A DNA stretch of 64,000 bases from an uncultured Myxococcales bacterium (GTDB taxonomy: Bacteria; Myxococcota; Kuafuiibacteriia; Kuafuiibacteriales; Kuafuiibacteriaceae). Made by a program: the position numbers and the translations under genes. This document shows, piece by piece, positions 52,867 through 63,075 of this stretch (position 1 is the stretch's first letter; the number at the start of each line of letters is the position of its first letter). The notes beneath the pieces are model-generated. The model was not told the origin of the DNA. It saw nothing but the letters and a program-made list of their open reading frames with translations, and searched no databases. Where the stretch lies: assembly GCA_964463485.1 (NCBI GenBank), contig CAYXDO010000014.1:34063-98062 (forward strand), read 5' to 3'.

Positions 52867-55719
52867 TTGGGCCGAAGGCTCGAGGAGCGCGGGATTCTGA
52901 CCACGGGCGTTTCAACCGGGTCGAGCTGCGGCGTTGGCGAGAATCACGGGAAGCTTGCTCGGTCGCACCCGTCCGTGGTTTCGGTGCCCATGGTGTACGA
53001 CAGAGGCCGCGGCGGGCAGCGGGATGGACGAAGCGGCGGAGCGCGCGGCACCGGCGGAGGACGCGGACGCTCCTTCGGAGACGCACGCCCCGGCGCTCGC
53101 GGCCCGGGGCTCAAACCTCGGTCCGATCGGCGATTCGAAGGACGCGGAGAGCGGAGCTTCGATCGAGAACGCCCCGCTCGCACCTTCTCGGGGAGCCGAG
53201 ATGAACGAAGCTCCGACCGACCCCGACGCTCGTTCGACGAGCGCGGCGATCGCCCAGACCGCGGACGACGACCTTTCGAAGACCGCCGCGAAGACCGCGG
53301 AAGACGGCCCTTTGAAGACCGTGGACGACGGCCCTTCGAGAACCGCGGTCGGTCCGAAGATCGACGATCATTTGGGGATCGAGGGCAACGAGCGTTCGGC
53401 GATCGGGGGCAGCGGCCGTTCGAAGACCGCGGACGACCCTTCGAAGATCGCGGGCGTAGGTCCTTTGAAGATCGGGGACGACGGCCCTTCGAAGATCGGG
53501 GACGACGACCCTTCGAAGATCGGGGACGACGGCCCTTCGAAGATCGGGGACGACGGCCCTTCGAAGATCGTGGGCGCAGGCCCTTCGAAGATCGTGGGCG
53601 CAGGTCCTTCGAAGATCGGGGACGACGGTCTCTTGGCTCCACCGATCGCGGCCGCTCGTTCGAAAATCGCGGTCAGCGTAGGTTCGACGACCGCGGCCCG
53701 CGCAGGTCCGAAGACCGGGGCTTCGGCGGCGCGCGCTCCTTCGACCGCGGACGCTCCTTCGACCGCCAAGATCGATACCGAGACCGTCCGAGCCAAGACC
53801 GACCTCGAGACTCGAGAGAGCTCGAAAGTCGGCCCGATCGGCCCGATCGCAAAAGCTCGAGCGACGCGCGCGGAGGCTCGCGAGAGCTCGTCGGGGTCGA
53901 TGAATCGAAGCTCGACAGCCAATTCGAAGCCTGGAACGAGGCCGAAGACGAAGATGACTTCGACCCGGCCTGGGACGACGCGGAAGACGACGCCTTCGAT
54001 GACGCGGGCGACGAGGAAGACGGCGCCGCTGAGGACGTCGCAGGTGACGAGTCCGACGTACGTGATGAGTCCGACGTGGGTAATGAGTCCGGCGGAGGTG
54101 ATGAGTCCGGCGGAGGTGATGAGTCCGATGTAGGTGATGAGTCCGACGCAGATGAATCCGACGTGGACGAAGAGTCCGACCTAGGTGACGAGTCCGACGT
54201 AAGTGATGGGTCCGACGTAGGTGATGGGTCCGACGTAGGTGATGAGTCCGACGTAGGTGATGAGTCCGACGCAGATGAATCCGACGTGGACGAAGAGTCC
54301 GAGGCCGTTGATGGAGACGTCGAGTCCCGTCAAGACGACGGGTCCGTGGCCGTCAAGCCCAACGTCGGAGACACCTCCAGAGTGCCCGATGAATCGGCCG
54401 CCCGTGGTGAGGCCCAAGAGGCCCAACGATCCGAAGCAGCGGCCGCGGAGTCCGAGGAAGAGGATGCCGAGGCGCCCTTCGATCAAGGGGACGATCTCGA
54501 GCCGGCCGGAGAGTCACGGTCGCGGCCGAGCGCAGGTTTTGGCCCGCGGATCGTAGAGAAGCGCGGCGCCTCGCTTCTGCTTCGTCGCGGCCGCATCCGA
54601 GCGTACTCACACCCGTGGATCTTCCGCGGAGACGTCGAGGAGGTCGGGGTCCCCGAGGGACCCGTCCGGATCATCGACGGGCTGGGGCGTTTCGTCGGCC
54701 GTGGCTTCATGAACGCCCACACCTCGCTCTGTTGTCGCATCCTCTCGCGAGAGGACGTACCGATCGACGAACGCTTCTTTGCCGCTCGGATCGCCGGCGC
54801 GCGGGCGCGACGCCTTTCGATCGACCGCGAGGCCTACAGGCTCGTGTTCAGCGAGGGGGACGGACTTCCTGGGTTGATCGCGGATCGGTACGGATCCGTG
54901 TTGGTCATTCAGTGTCTGACTCTCGGAATGTCGAGGCTTCGACCTCTGATCGTATCGGCGCTTCGGAGTGAGCTCGGAGAGTTGGCCGTGTTCTCGGCCG
55001 ACGATCCGCACTCGGCCGAGCTCGAAGGGTTCACGCCGGTCCGAGGTTGGTTCGACAAAGAGGGTCCGGCGTCGCTCGTCATCGACGAGAACGGAGTGAA
55101 ATCGACGGTTCGGTTTGGAGTCGGCCACAAGACCGGCCTCTACCTCGACCAAGCCGAGAACCGTGTTCGGATCGCGAAGCTCGCCGAGGGTCGCAGAGTT
55201 CTGGACGCGTTTTCGTATGCGGGCGGGTTCGCGATTCAAGCGGCGAAGCGAGGCGCCGCCAGCGTAGTCAGCGTCGACTCCTCCCCCGACGCGATCTCCC
55301 TGCAGAAAGCCAACCTGGAGCTCAACGGGCTGACGGGGGAAGTTCAGCTCGTCGAAGCCAACGCGTTCGACGAGCTACGGCGTCGGGAGCGCAGCCGAGA
55401 GAAGTTCGGATTGGTCGTCCTCGACCCACCTCCGTTCGCTCCGAGCCGTCGGAGCCTCGAGTCCGCCGCGCGAGGGTACAAAGAGGTAAATCTGCGCGCC
55501 ATGCGGTTGCTCGATCGCGGTGGCCTGCTAGCTACGTTCACTTGCTCTCACCATGCCTCGGACGCCTTCCTCGAAGACGTCTGTCGGGAGGCCGCCGCAG
55601 ACGCGCGCTGCTCGTTCCGAGTTCGCGAGCGGCTCGACCAACCGTCCGACCACCCCGTCGATCTGGCCGTGCCCGAGTCGCGATATCTTCGGGGACTGCT
55701 CTTAGAAGTCGTCGACTGA
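52867..55719 (+). CDS. RlmI/RlmK-like class I SAM-dependent rRNA (m5C) methyltransferase (PUA-like + MTase) with a ~650-aa N-terminal disordered extension: RG-rich FEDRGRRP tandem repeats followed by acidic DESDVG repeats
   Basis: C-terminal ~390 aa. IVEKRGASLLLRRGRIRAYSHPWIFRGDVE (PUA/RlmI N-terminus), VLDAFSYAGGFAIQAA (motif I), VVLDPPPFA (motif IV DPP). DNA repeats of 24 bp (53400-53640) and 18 bp (54040-54300). Start uncertain (52867 or ATG 52990). Confidence 0.75.
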   Translation: MGRRLEERGILTTGVSTGSSCGVGENHGKLARSHPSVVSVPMVYDRGRGGQRDGRSGGARGTGGGRGRSFGDARPGARGPGLKPRSDRRFEGRGERSFDRERPARTFSGSRDERSSDRPRRSFDERGDRPDRGRRPFEDRREDRGRRPFEDRGRRPFENRGRSEDRRSFGDRGQRAFGDRGQRPFEDRGRPFEDRGRRSFEDRGRRPFEDRGRRPFEDRGRRPFEDRGRRPFEDRGRRPFEDRGRRSFEDRGRRSLGSTDRGRSFENRGQRRFDDRGPRRSEDRGFGGARSFDRGRSFDRQDRYRDRPSQDRPRDSRELESRPDRPDRKSSSDARGGSRELVGVDESKLDSQFEAWNEAEDEDDFDPAWDDAEDDAFDDAGDEEDGAAEDVAGDESDVRDESDVGNESGGGDESGGGDESDVGDESDADESDVDEESDLGDESDVSDGSDVGDGSDVGDESDVGDESDADESDVDEESEAVDGDVESRQDDGSVAVKPNVGDTSRVPDESAARGEAQEAQRSEAAAAESEEEDAEAPFDQGDDLEPAGESRSRPSAGFGPRIVEKRGASLLLRRGRIRAYSHPWIFRGDVEEVGVPEGPVRIIDGLGRFVGRGFMNAHTSLCCRILSREDVPIDERFFAARIAGARARRLSIDREAYRLVFSEGDGLPGLIADRYGSVLVIQCLTLGMSRLRPLIVSALRSELGELAVFSADDPHSAELEGFTPVRGWFDKEGPASLVIDENGVKSTVRFGVGHKTGLYLDQAENRVRIAKLAEGRRVLDAFSYAGGFAIQAAKRGAASVVSVDSSPDAISLQKANLELNGLTGEVQLVEANAFDELRRRERSREKFGLVVLDPPPFAPSRRSLESAARGYKEVNLRAMRLLDRGGLLATFTCSHHASDAFLEDVCREAAADARCSFRVRERLDQPSDHPVDLAVPESRYLRGLLLEVVD

Positions 55720-55727
55720 CAGACTCC

Positions 55728-56747
55728 TCAGGCCTTCCGCATCGCCGCGACCATTTTCTGAATTCGCCCGGGCATTCGATGGTGGTGACCCGAGTGCCTG
55801 CCTGGGTACTCCTCAACCACCGGCTCGACCCCTAGAGCGCGAAGCTTCCTGCCGAGCTGGCGGTGACCCAGGCACAGGCCATACTCGTCGTCCGTCCCCG
55901 CCTCGAGGTGAATGAGACGGAGAGATTGGAGCGCGTCCACGTGGCGATCGACCATGTGAATCGGATCCCACGCCAAAAAACGCTCGAACACGGCCGGAAT
56001 CAAAGCACCCGTGTCGAGATCGAAATACACGTCTCCGAGGAGCGGCGGGGCCCCCACGTTGGGCGCGAAGCAGGGACACATGGAGAGATTCAACATCGCG
56101 GCCTCGTCCCCGCGGCCGGCGAGCGCCCGTGGATTCGGGCTGCCCAGCCAACGCTCGAGAAAGGAATTCACCCCGCCGGCTCGGCGAATCGCCCCGACCG
56201 TGATCGGGAGGGTATGAGTATACAGGTATTCATACCAGGAGTCTCCGGCAGAGCTCATGACACACGAAAAACGATCGGACCGTAACATACCCAACACGAG
56301 CGCACCGAAGCCCCCGCTCGAGTGACCCAGCACTCCCCGAAATTTGCGATCCCGATGAGTATGAAAGCGCCCGTCGACGAACTCGACGAGCTCGTCCGCC
56401 ACGTAGTCCATGTGGGGGCCATGGGCCGGAGAATTGACGTACTGGCTCGCGCCGAGCTTGGTCGTCCCGTCTGGAAAGACCACGATGGCCTTGTCCTCCT
56501 CGCGAGCCATGACTCGATCGAGCGCGTCGGCGAGGGCGGGAGCAAATATTCCAGGGTCGTTCAAGTACCCCGCGCCGCGCCCCGACCAACCCGCCAGCAG
56601 GAACACCACCGGATAAGGCTCCTTGCGGGCTTCGTCATATCGCGGCGGAACATACACCGGCAAGCGCCGAACGTGAGGATCCCCCATGAGATTGCCGAGC
56701 AGGAGCTGACTCTCGTGCTCGAACACGCGGACGTCAGGCAGAGCCAC
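55728..56747 (-). CDS. Esterase-family alpha/beta hydrolase (enterochelin-esterase/esterase-D-like)
   Basis: GHSSGGFGA nucleophile elbow, overall esterase-like order of motifs. Confidence 0.7.
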   Translation of the reverse strand: MALPDVRVFEHESQLLLGNLMGDPHVRRLPVYVPPRYDEARKEPYPVVFLLAGWSGRGAGYLNDPGIFAPALADALDRVMAREEDKAIVVFPDGTTKLGASQYVNSPAHGPHMDYVADELVEFVDGRFHTHRDRKFRGVLGHSSGGFGALVLGMLRSDRFSCVMSSAGDSWYEYLYTHTLPITVGAIRRAGGVNSFLERWLGSPNPRALAGRGDEAAMLNLSMCPCFAPNVGAPPLLGDVYFDLDTGALIPAVFERFLAWDPIHMVDRHVDALQSLRLIHLEAGTDDEYGLCLGHRQLGRKLRALGVEPVVEEYPGRHSGHHHRMPGRIQKMVAAMRKA

Positions 56748-56779
56748 GACTACGAGCTAACACGAACCGGCGGGAATGG

Positions 56780-57784
56780 TCACGTCTGGCCCAGCGGCTC
56801 GCCGTTCTTGCCGCGTAGCCAACTCCCAAGGGGGTCGAAGACCAACTCCCGGGCGCGGTCGTTGATGAACAAGTCTGCGTGCGCAAACCAATCGCGATCA
56901 TCCCCGACCTCCAACAGATCGACCGAAGGTAAGACTCTCTCGATCGAGCGGACCGTCTCTTTGGGAACGATGCCATCGGCGTTCGCGATGATGGCGAGCG
57001 CTGGGATGGGACGGCCCGCGATCGCTTCGGTGACGTTGAGTCCGTCGAGGTGAAGGTCCTTTGTGCGGAACCACTCGGCGAGCTCACGGTTTAGCTCGGG
57101 GCTCGGATCGTCGACGGTTTGAGTCAAGATCTCGGGGTTGGACAGGTCGATGTTCTTGGCGTTCATGTAGAGCGACAAAGCCCCCGGCACCCGCCGCAAG
57201 GCCGGCAACGCGACTCGCGCAAACGATCGAGTGCCCCTGATCTTCAGCGCTCCGGCGACACGTCGAGATGCAAAAGCGACCCGCAACAGCGGATGAATTC
57301 GCTCCCATCGCAACGGCGCACCCATCGAAACGATCGCGCCGACAGGAGCCTCGCGCTCGTGAGCGAGGTACCCGTACACAATCGCGCCCCCGAGGCTGCA
57401 CCCAATCACGTCCACCTCGTTGCGATCGGACTCGGTCAGCGCGAAAATCTCTTCGATGACTCGCGGAAGATCGATCCGCGCAAGGGGCGACAACCCGATC
57501 GGGCCGAGCCCGTTGGAGCCCTCTCCGTGGGATCTCGACGCCCCCCCCTGCCCGCGCAGGTTCGTGGTCCATACCTCAAACCCATCCAGCGCGAGGTGCT
57601 CGACCAAAGAAACGCCCCGCGGATGATACGCTAGAATGAAGCTGTTCATGCCGTAGCCGGGCACGATCAAGAGCGGCTTCAGCGAACGGTCACGCCGATC
57701 GGGCGCCGAGTACCGAAACAACTCGAGAGTCCAGCCGTCCTTGGTGCGCGGCCTGCCATTCCACTGCAGAAGTCGAGAAGTCAC
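56780..57784 (-). CDS. Alpha/beta-hydrolase-fold protein
   Basis: GCSLGG GxSxG motif, typical length and hydrophobic core pattern. Confidence 0.7.
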   Translation of the reverse strand: MTSRLLQWNGRPRTKDGWTLELFRYSAPDRRDRSLKPLLIVPGYGMNSFILAYHPRGVSLVEHLALDGFEVWTTNLRGQGGASRSHGEGSNGLGPIGLSPLARIDLPRVIEEIFALTESDRNEVDVIGCSLGGAIVYGYLAHEREAPVGAIVSMGAPLRWERIHPLLRVAFASRRVAGALKIRGTRSFARVALPALRRVPGALSLYMNAKNIDLSNPEILTQTVDDPSPELNRELAEWFRTKDLHLDGLNVTEAIAGRPIPALAIIANADGIVPKETVRSIERVLPSVDLLEVGDDRDWFAHADLFINDRARELVFDPLGSWLRGKNGEPLGQT

Positions 57785-57881
57785 TCGTTCACACTCGAAA
57801 TGACTCCGCTGTCATCGACCGCGGAGCGACTCGCATTCCTTCCCATACCGAATGGTAGGGGCCCAAAGCCAATTTTGACAA

Positions 57882-58808
57882 CTAGGGTGATTGGGGAGGA
57901 TCTCGGTCCAACCCCACGTCTTGCCAGCTTGCAGGGTCTTCAACCGCCTCGAGATGGGTTAGCACGGTCACCTGGGGAATGGCCTGGCGAATGTCGCGCT
58001 CAACCTGCTCCAGAAGATCGTGACCGCGTCGAACGGTCCACTCACCTGGCACGAGCACGTGCATCGAGACGAATTTTCTCGATCCCGCCTGGCGAGTCCG
58101 CACCGCATGAAACTGGATCGTCTCGGTCGTGTAACTTTTCAGGACGCGGTCGAGGGCGGTGAGATCTTCGGCCGCCAGGGCGACGTCCAGCAGGCCGTGA
58201 GCCGATCGATGCATGAGTTTGGCGCCCGTCCACACGATGTTGGCAGCGACGAGCAGCGCGACGATCGGATCGAAGATCAACCAACCCGTGGTCACGGCGA
58301 GCCCAAGCCCGACGAGCACGCCGGCCGAGGTCAAGACGTCCGTCATGAGATGATGTGCGTCGGCCTCGAGCGCGATGGAGTGGTGCCGCTTTCCCGCCGA
58401 AAGAAGAGTCCTGGCGGTCGCGAAATTCACGACCGACGCCAACACGGAGACGCCCAAACCCAGGCTGATTTGCTCGATGGGTTTCGGGTGAAACAAGCGA
58501 GGGATCGAGGCCCAGACGATGGCGCCGGCCGCGATCATGATCAGGCCTCCTTCGAGGCCGCTCGCGAAATACTCGGCCTTGGTGTGCCCATGCGGGTGCT
58601 CGTCGTCGGGAGGCTGAGCAGCCAGCGTGAGCATCGCCAAAGTCACCACGGCAGCCACGAGATTCACGACCGACTCGAGCGCATCGGAGAGTAGACCCAC
58701 GGACCCCGTGAGCAAGTATGCGAGGGCCTTCAGCGCGATGGTGAGGACCGCCGCGGCAATGGAGAGCCAGGCGAAGCGAGTCAGCGCAGCCGGGCCCGTC
58801 GTCTCCAT
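57882..58808 (-). CDS. Cation diffusion facilitator (CDF) family divalent-metal efflux transporter
   Basis: Six TM helices, HxxxD-type metal sites ([14 protein letters not shown]), C-terminal cytoplasmic domain. Confidence 0.85.
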   Translation of the reverse strand: METTGPAALTRFAWLSIAAAVLTIALKALAYLLTGSVGLLSDALESVVNLVAAVVTLAMLTLAAQPPDDEHPHGHTKAEYFASGLEGGLIMIAAGAIVWASIPRLFHPKPIEQISLGLGVSVLASVVNFATARTLLSAGKRHHSIALEADAHHLMTDVLTSAGVLVGLGLAVTTGWLIFDPIVALLVAANIVWTGAKLMHRSAHGLLDVALAAEDLTALDRVLKSYTTETIQFHAVRTRQAGSRKFVSMHVLVPGEWTVRRGHDLLEQVERDIRQAIPQVTVLTHLEAVEDPASWQDVGLDRDPPQSP

Positions 58809-58860
58809 GCCCCTTCATGGTCCCGTTGCCCGACCGTGACAAGCGAAGCGTCGCGTGAGC

Positions 58861-60627
58861 TCAGGCTCCCGGCTCCGGCAGCTCCATCGCGAAGGTGGTC
58901 CCTTCGGGTCCGGAGCTCTTGATTCGGATTTCTCCGCGGTGCGCGCGCAACACTCGCCGCGCGATGGCGAGGCCGAGGCCAGTGCCCTTCGGGGATTTGA
59001 TGCCCGGTCGGTGAACCCGCTCGAACTCATCGAAGACCCGGGCTCGCTCGGACTCTGGAATGCCCAACCCATTGTCCGAAAACTCGATGATCGTAGCGCC
59101 GTTCTGCTTGGTCGCGTGGACCTCGATGCGCGCGGTCTCCCGCTCGTTGTAGGTGATCGCGTTCTTTCCGAGATTGTACAGGACGAGCGTCAGGAGCTCC
59201 TTGTCGACCGAGAGCTCGATCCCTTCGACGTCCCCCACCCACTCGAAGCGCCGCCCCGTTCCGAGCAAGTCCGTCTTGGCCCGATCTACGAGCTCGGCGA
59301 GCGAGACTCTCTCGACGTTCGGCACCCAGCGGTCCTTCGAAAGCCGGGAGAACGAGAGGATATTCTCGACGAGTGTACTCAGACTATCCACCTCCCTCAC
59401 GATTCGAGCCGGATAGTCCTGCCCCTTCGACAGGTCCGAGGCCCGCCGCTCGAGGGACTCTGCCAGAAGCCGAATCGATGCCAGCGGAGTGCGCAACTCG
59501 TGAGAGACAGTCGCCACGAACTGACTCTTGAGCTCGAGCAAACGCCTCTCGCGAGACACGAGCGTGGCCACCACCGCGATCACGGCGATGGCCAGGCCGA
59601 AACAGACCGCGAGCAACCCGACCTTGACCAAGAAACGCTCCTCGGCCGTCGAGGCGGCCCGATCCCACCGCTTCGAGTGCGCTGCTATCGGAAGCTCAGC
59701 GAGCAAGTGTCGCCCCGCCGGAGCGAGTGTCACGTCCACTGCGTCAGGCCCAGTGGCGGACAGGCTCTTTGAAATCTCGAAGAGTATGGCTGAGATTTCG
59801 AGCTCAACGCCGGCCAGACCCTCGCTCGTCGGTTGGACCCCAAGCCGTCCGTCGATGAGCATGGGTTCCTCCACCTTGTCCGGGAGCTCTACGGGCGGTG
59901 TGGATCGCCGCGAGCTCTCCCGCGCAAAGTCCTCGGTCACCAGTCCGGCGAAGCGACCGAGTGACAGGATCCGATCGGCGACAGCACGAAAGTCGGCCTC
60001 CGAAAACCGCTCGCGGGCGAGCAACAACTGTCGCATCGATCCAGGCAAGCCACGATCGGGCAGGCCATCACGAAGTACGACTCGGAACAGAGCGGGAGCA
60101 GGGTCCGACTTTGCGCGCAACGTCTCGAGCATCGAGAGGGTCGCTGCCAAGTCCCTCTCCGGCGAGACGACGAACACGGATCGGTGTGCGACGATCTCTC
60201 GAACGAGGCTCTCGATCTCGGCCCGGTCTCGCCGATTCAGCGCGACGTCCAGGGACGCGAGCAACTCCTTTCGTCGCATCCAGGGAGACTCGGGCTCGTC
60301 GAGCGGGGGCGGAGTGGTTTCGGCTCGAAACCGCACGGGCCGAGGAAGGAGCAACTCACCTTCCGATGACACCAGAAGCAACCCTTCACTCGGAACGAGC
60401 GGGTCTCGGAGGGCCTCCTCGCGCCGCTCGCGGGATGCCTCTAGCTGGTCGAGGATCCGAGACCGGAGGACCTCCGCGGAGTAGGCTTCGAGCGCGCGCC
60501 GCTCGGCCTCGGCAGATTGAAGCACGTCCTCGCGCTCACGAAGGAATACGCGAAAAAGAGCCCCTAGCCCGACCACGAGCACGCCCGTGGCCAAGACCAG
60601 CATCGCGACGACGCGCGGCACACTCAC
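58861..60627 (-). CDS. Sensor histidine kinase (TM + HisKA + HATPase_c)
   Basis: H-box ATVSHELRTPLASI. N, G1, G2 boxes (LGKNAITYN, DNGLGIP, GTGLGLAIARR). GTG start overlapping the upstream vWA gene stop (GTGA). Confidence 0.85.
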   Translation of the reverse strand: MSVPRVVAMLVLATGVLVVGLGALFRVFLREREDVLQSAEAERRALEAYSAEVLRSRILDQLEASRERREEALRDPLVPSEGLLLVSSEGELLLPRPVRFRAETTPPPLDEPESPWMRRKELLASLDVALNRRDRAEIESLVREIVAHRSVFVVSPERDLAATLSMLETLRAKSDPAPALFRVVLRDGLPDRGLPGSMRQLLLARERFSEADFRAVADRILSLGRFAGLVTEDFARESSRRSTPPVELPDKVEEPMLIDGRLGVQPTSEGLAGVELEISAILFEISKSLSATGPDAVDVTLAPAGRHLLAELPIAAHSKRWDRAASTAEERFLVKVGLLAVCFGLAIAVIAVVATLVSRERRLLELKSQFVATVSHELRTPLASIRLLAESLERRASDLSKGQDYPARIVREVDSLSTLVENILSFSRLSKDRWVPNVERVSLAELVDRAKTDLLGTGRRFEWVGDVEGIELSVDKELLTLVLYNLGKNAITYNERETARIEVHATKQNGATIIEFSDNGLGIPESERARVFDEFERVHRPGIKSPKGTGLGLAIARRVLRAHRGEIRIKSSGPEGTTFAMELPEPGA

Positions 60628-62730
60628 CTCAACACGGGCAAATCGTCGAAGCTCATGAGCGCGATGGGCGCATATTGTTCGAAACGATCCTTCCGCACGT
60701 CGATCGCCCGCGCCCGACCGATCAAACCTTTGAGCTCGACGACGTCCTTGCGGTTCGCGAGCTCGGGAGGCAGCTCCGAGAGCTCCGAGAGGAGGTCCGC
60801 GTAGCTCGTCGCGCGGACCCAGTAGGAGCCGCGTAGCTTCTCGGCGAACCCTGCCGCCACGAGCGCCAACCGCGTCGCTCCGAGCGCCTCGTTGGGTGAC
60901 GCGCGAACGATTCGGCGAAAGAGCGGACGCTCGACGAGCCGCGAAGTCTTCCCGTCAGGCTCCTTGTAACGAACCCGGAGAGTACCGAGATCGCCTGGCC
61001 CGGATAGCTTGATTTCGTAGAGCGCGGTCACGGTATGTCCCGCGCCGATCTCGCCAGCGTCGACCTTGTCGTCCTCGAAGTCCTTCTTCTTGAGCGCGCG
61101 GTTCTCATAGCCTACGAGGCGGTACCGCGACACGACGGCGGGATCGAACTCGACCTGGATCTTCACGTCCTTCGCGATCACCTCGAGCGTCCCCGTGAGT
61201 CCTTCGACGAAGACTCTTCGCGCTTCTTCGAGCCGATCGACGTAAGCGTAGTTGCCGTTGCCCGAGTCAGCGAGCTTCTCCATGAGTACGTCGTTGTAGT
61301 TGCCCATGCCGAAACCCACCGTGGAGATCGTGATTCCCTGGTCGGCCTGAGACTTGACACGGGCGAAGATCCCGTCGGCCTCCACGATCCCGTTGTTGGC
61401 GACGCCGTCCGAGCACAAGATGATTCGGTTGTTGGTCCCGCGATCGGCGCGCTCGGCGGCGAGCTTGTATCCCAGCTCGAGCCCAGCCTGGACATTGGTC
61501 GATCCTTCCGGCCGCAGAGCCCCGATCGCCGCCAAGATCGTACCCTTGTCGGTCCCTGGAGTCGGAGCGAGCACGGTATGCGCGCTGTCGCCGTAGACGA
61601 CGATGGAGACCGCGTCGCGTCCGTCGAGCTGTTCCACGAGCAACTGAAGCGCTCGCTTCACCAACCCGAGTCGATTGTCGAGGTTCATGGAGCCGGAGAC
61701 GTCGACGACGAAGACCAGGTTGGAAGGCTTGCGGCGGTTCTTCTCGACCTTCTTCCCGGCCACCCCGACGCGAAGGACGTGATACCCGCGACGACTCTTT
61801 GAAGGGAACACTTCGGCGTCGACCGCGAACGCGGCGTCCGACGGTGACTCATACCCGTAGTCGAACGAGTTGACGAACTCCTCGACACGAACCGCAGCCG
61901 GCGCCGGCAACTCACCGCGAAGCAAGAACGCCCGGGCCATCGAATACGCCGCGGTGTCGACGTCGATCGAGAAGGTCGAAAAACGCTCCGCGCTCGTGTC
62001 GATCGTGGGATTGACGCCGTAGCTCTGGAAGATCATGTCCCGAGCTCGCGGGTCGCGAAGCACCTTCACCTCGAGCGGAACGTCGTCGGGAACGGGAGTC
62101 GCGGAGGGGAGCTTCTGGCCCAACTCCCGCAGCTTGTCCGGTGACTTGGTCGCCTCGGTATTCTTGGGCGGCCCCCGCCGATCGGCCGCAGCGTGGAGCT
62201 CGGCGAGCTTCTTGTCTTCCGCAGAAAGCTCTTTGGCGGGATCGGGCTTCGGGTCGCGAGCGGGACTCTGTGACTTTGGCTTGGTCTCGGTCGTGACGGG
62301 CTGCAGCTCGTCAAAGTATCCCGTGGCTTCGTCGCCCTCGTCGGCCGGCTCGTCGGCGTCCAACTCCAACTCCCCCGACGGCTGAGTCGGTCGGGAGGCG
62401 TAGTTCGGCGGCTCCGGCTTCTCCTCGACGGGACTCGCGGGCTGCTCTGCGGGCTTCGCGGACGGAGTCCCACCCACGGTCTCGTTGCTCGTCTGGTAGC
62501 TGAAGTTGCCCGAGTTTCCGTCGCCGTCGAGATCGGCCCCTCCAGGTTCGCTCTCCTGCCGAGCCGTCCCAGCCGATTGCGGAGCAGCCGTTGGACGAAC
62601 GCTCTTCTCGGCCATGGAACACGCGCCCATGATCGCCACGGCCGCGAGCGTCACGACGCCCATCCCGCAGAGAGCAATCCGCCGTTTCCCGCCGCTCGGC
62701 GCACCGTTCGAGCTCAGCCTTCGTTCCTTC
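60624..62730 (-). CDS. von Willebrand factor A (vWA) domain lipoprotein, YfbK-like (vWA + C-terminal DUF3520-like domain)
   Basis: Lipoprotein signal IMGACS. MIDAS VVDVSGSMN. Start ATG 62728-62730 verified by reverse complement, with ggagg RBS 5 nt upstream. The listed ORF extends further upstream through the tandem-repeat region, which is probably non-coding. Confidence 0.8.
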
Positions 62731-62830
62731 GACCCATTCATGATGGCCTCCTGTTTTGTACTCTGACGGAGCGCGTTTGGAGAAGGGTCATCCGTTCGAC
62801 ATCGAACGGTCACGAAACAGTCACAACCGT

Positions 62831-62914
62831 CGGATCGTCTGCCTCGGATCGTCTGCCTCGGATCGCCTGCCTCGGATCGCCTGCCTCGGATCGCCTGCCT
62901 CGGATCGCCTGCCT
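62831..62914. repeat. 14-bp tandem repeat cggatcgyctgcct x6 in the divergent intergenic region between the vWA-HK operon and the flavoprotein gene
   Basis: Read directly from the sequence. Two units have t, four have c at position 8. Lies 100-185 bp upstream of the vWA start. Confidence 0.85.
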
Positions 62915-63075
62915 CAGGAGTATCGACCCGAAATGCACGCCGCGTACATGCGAGCCCGTGTGGACTTCGAGACGCCGATCGCGCACTTGTTTCTGGTGGA
63001 TGCCACGGCCCGCTTTCAGAGCATCGAAGGGACCGCGGGCCTGCAATTGTTCGCCCGTCCGAACGGAGCGCGTGG

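Noticed and set aside
52934-54133. 399-aa alternative-frame ORF across the RG-repeat DNA
   Set aside because: Repeat-induced open frame. The frame that continues into the conserved PUA/MTase domain is the one annotated.
62831-62914. 14-bp tandem array considered as CRISPR or as coding repeats
   Set aside because: No spacers. The 14-bp period breaks any reading frame. The true vWA start (ATG 62730 with GGAGG RBS) lies downstream of it.
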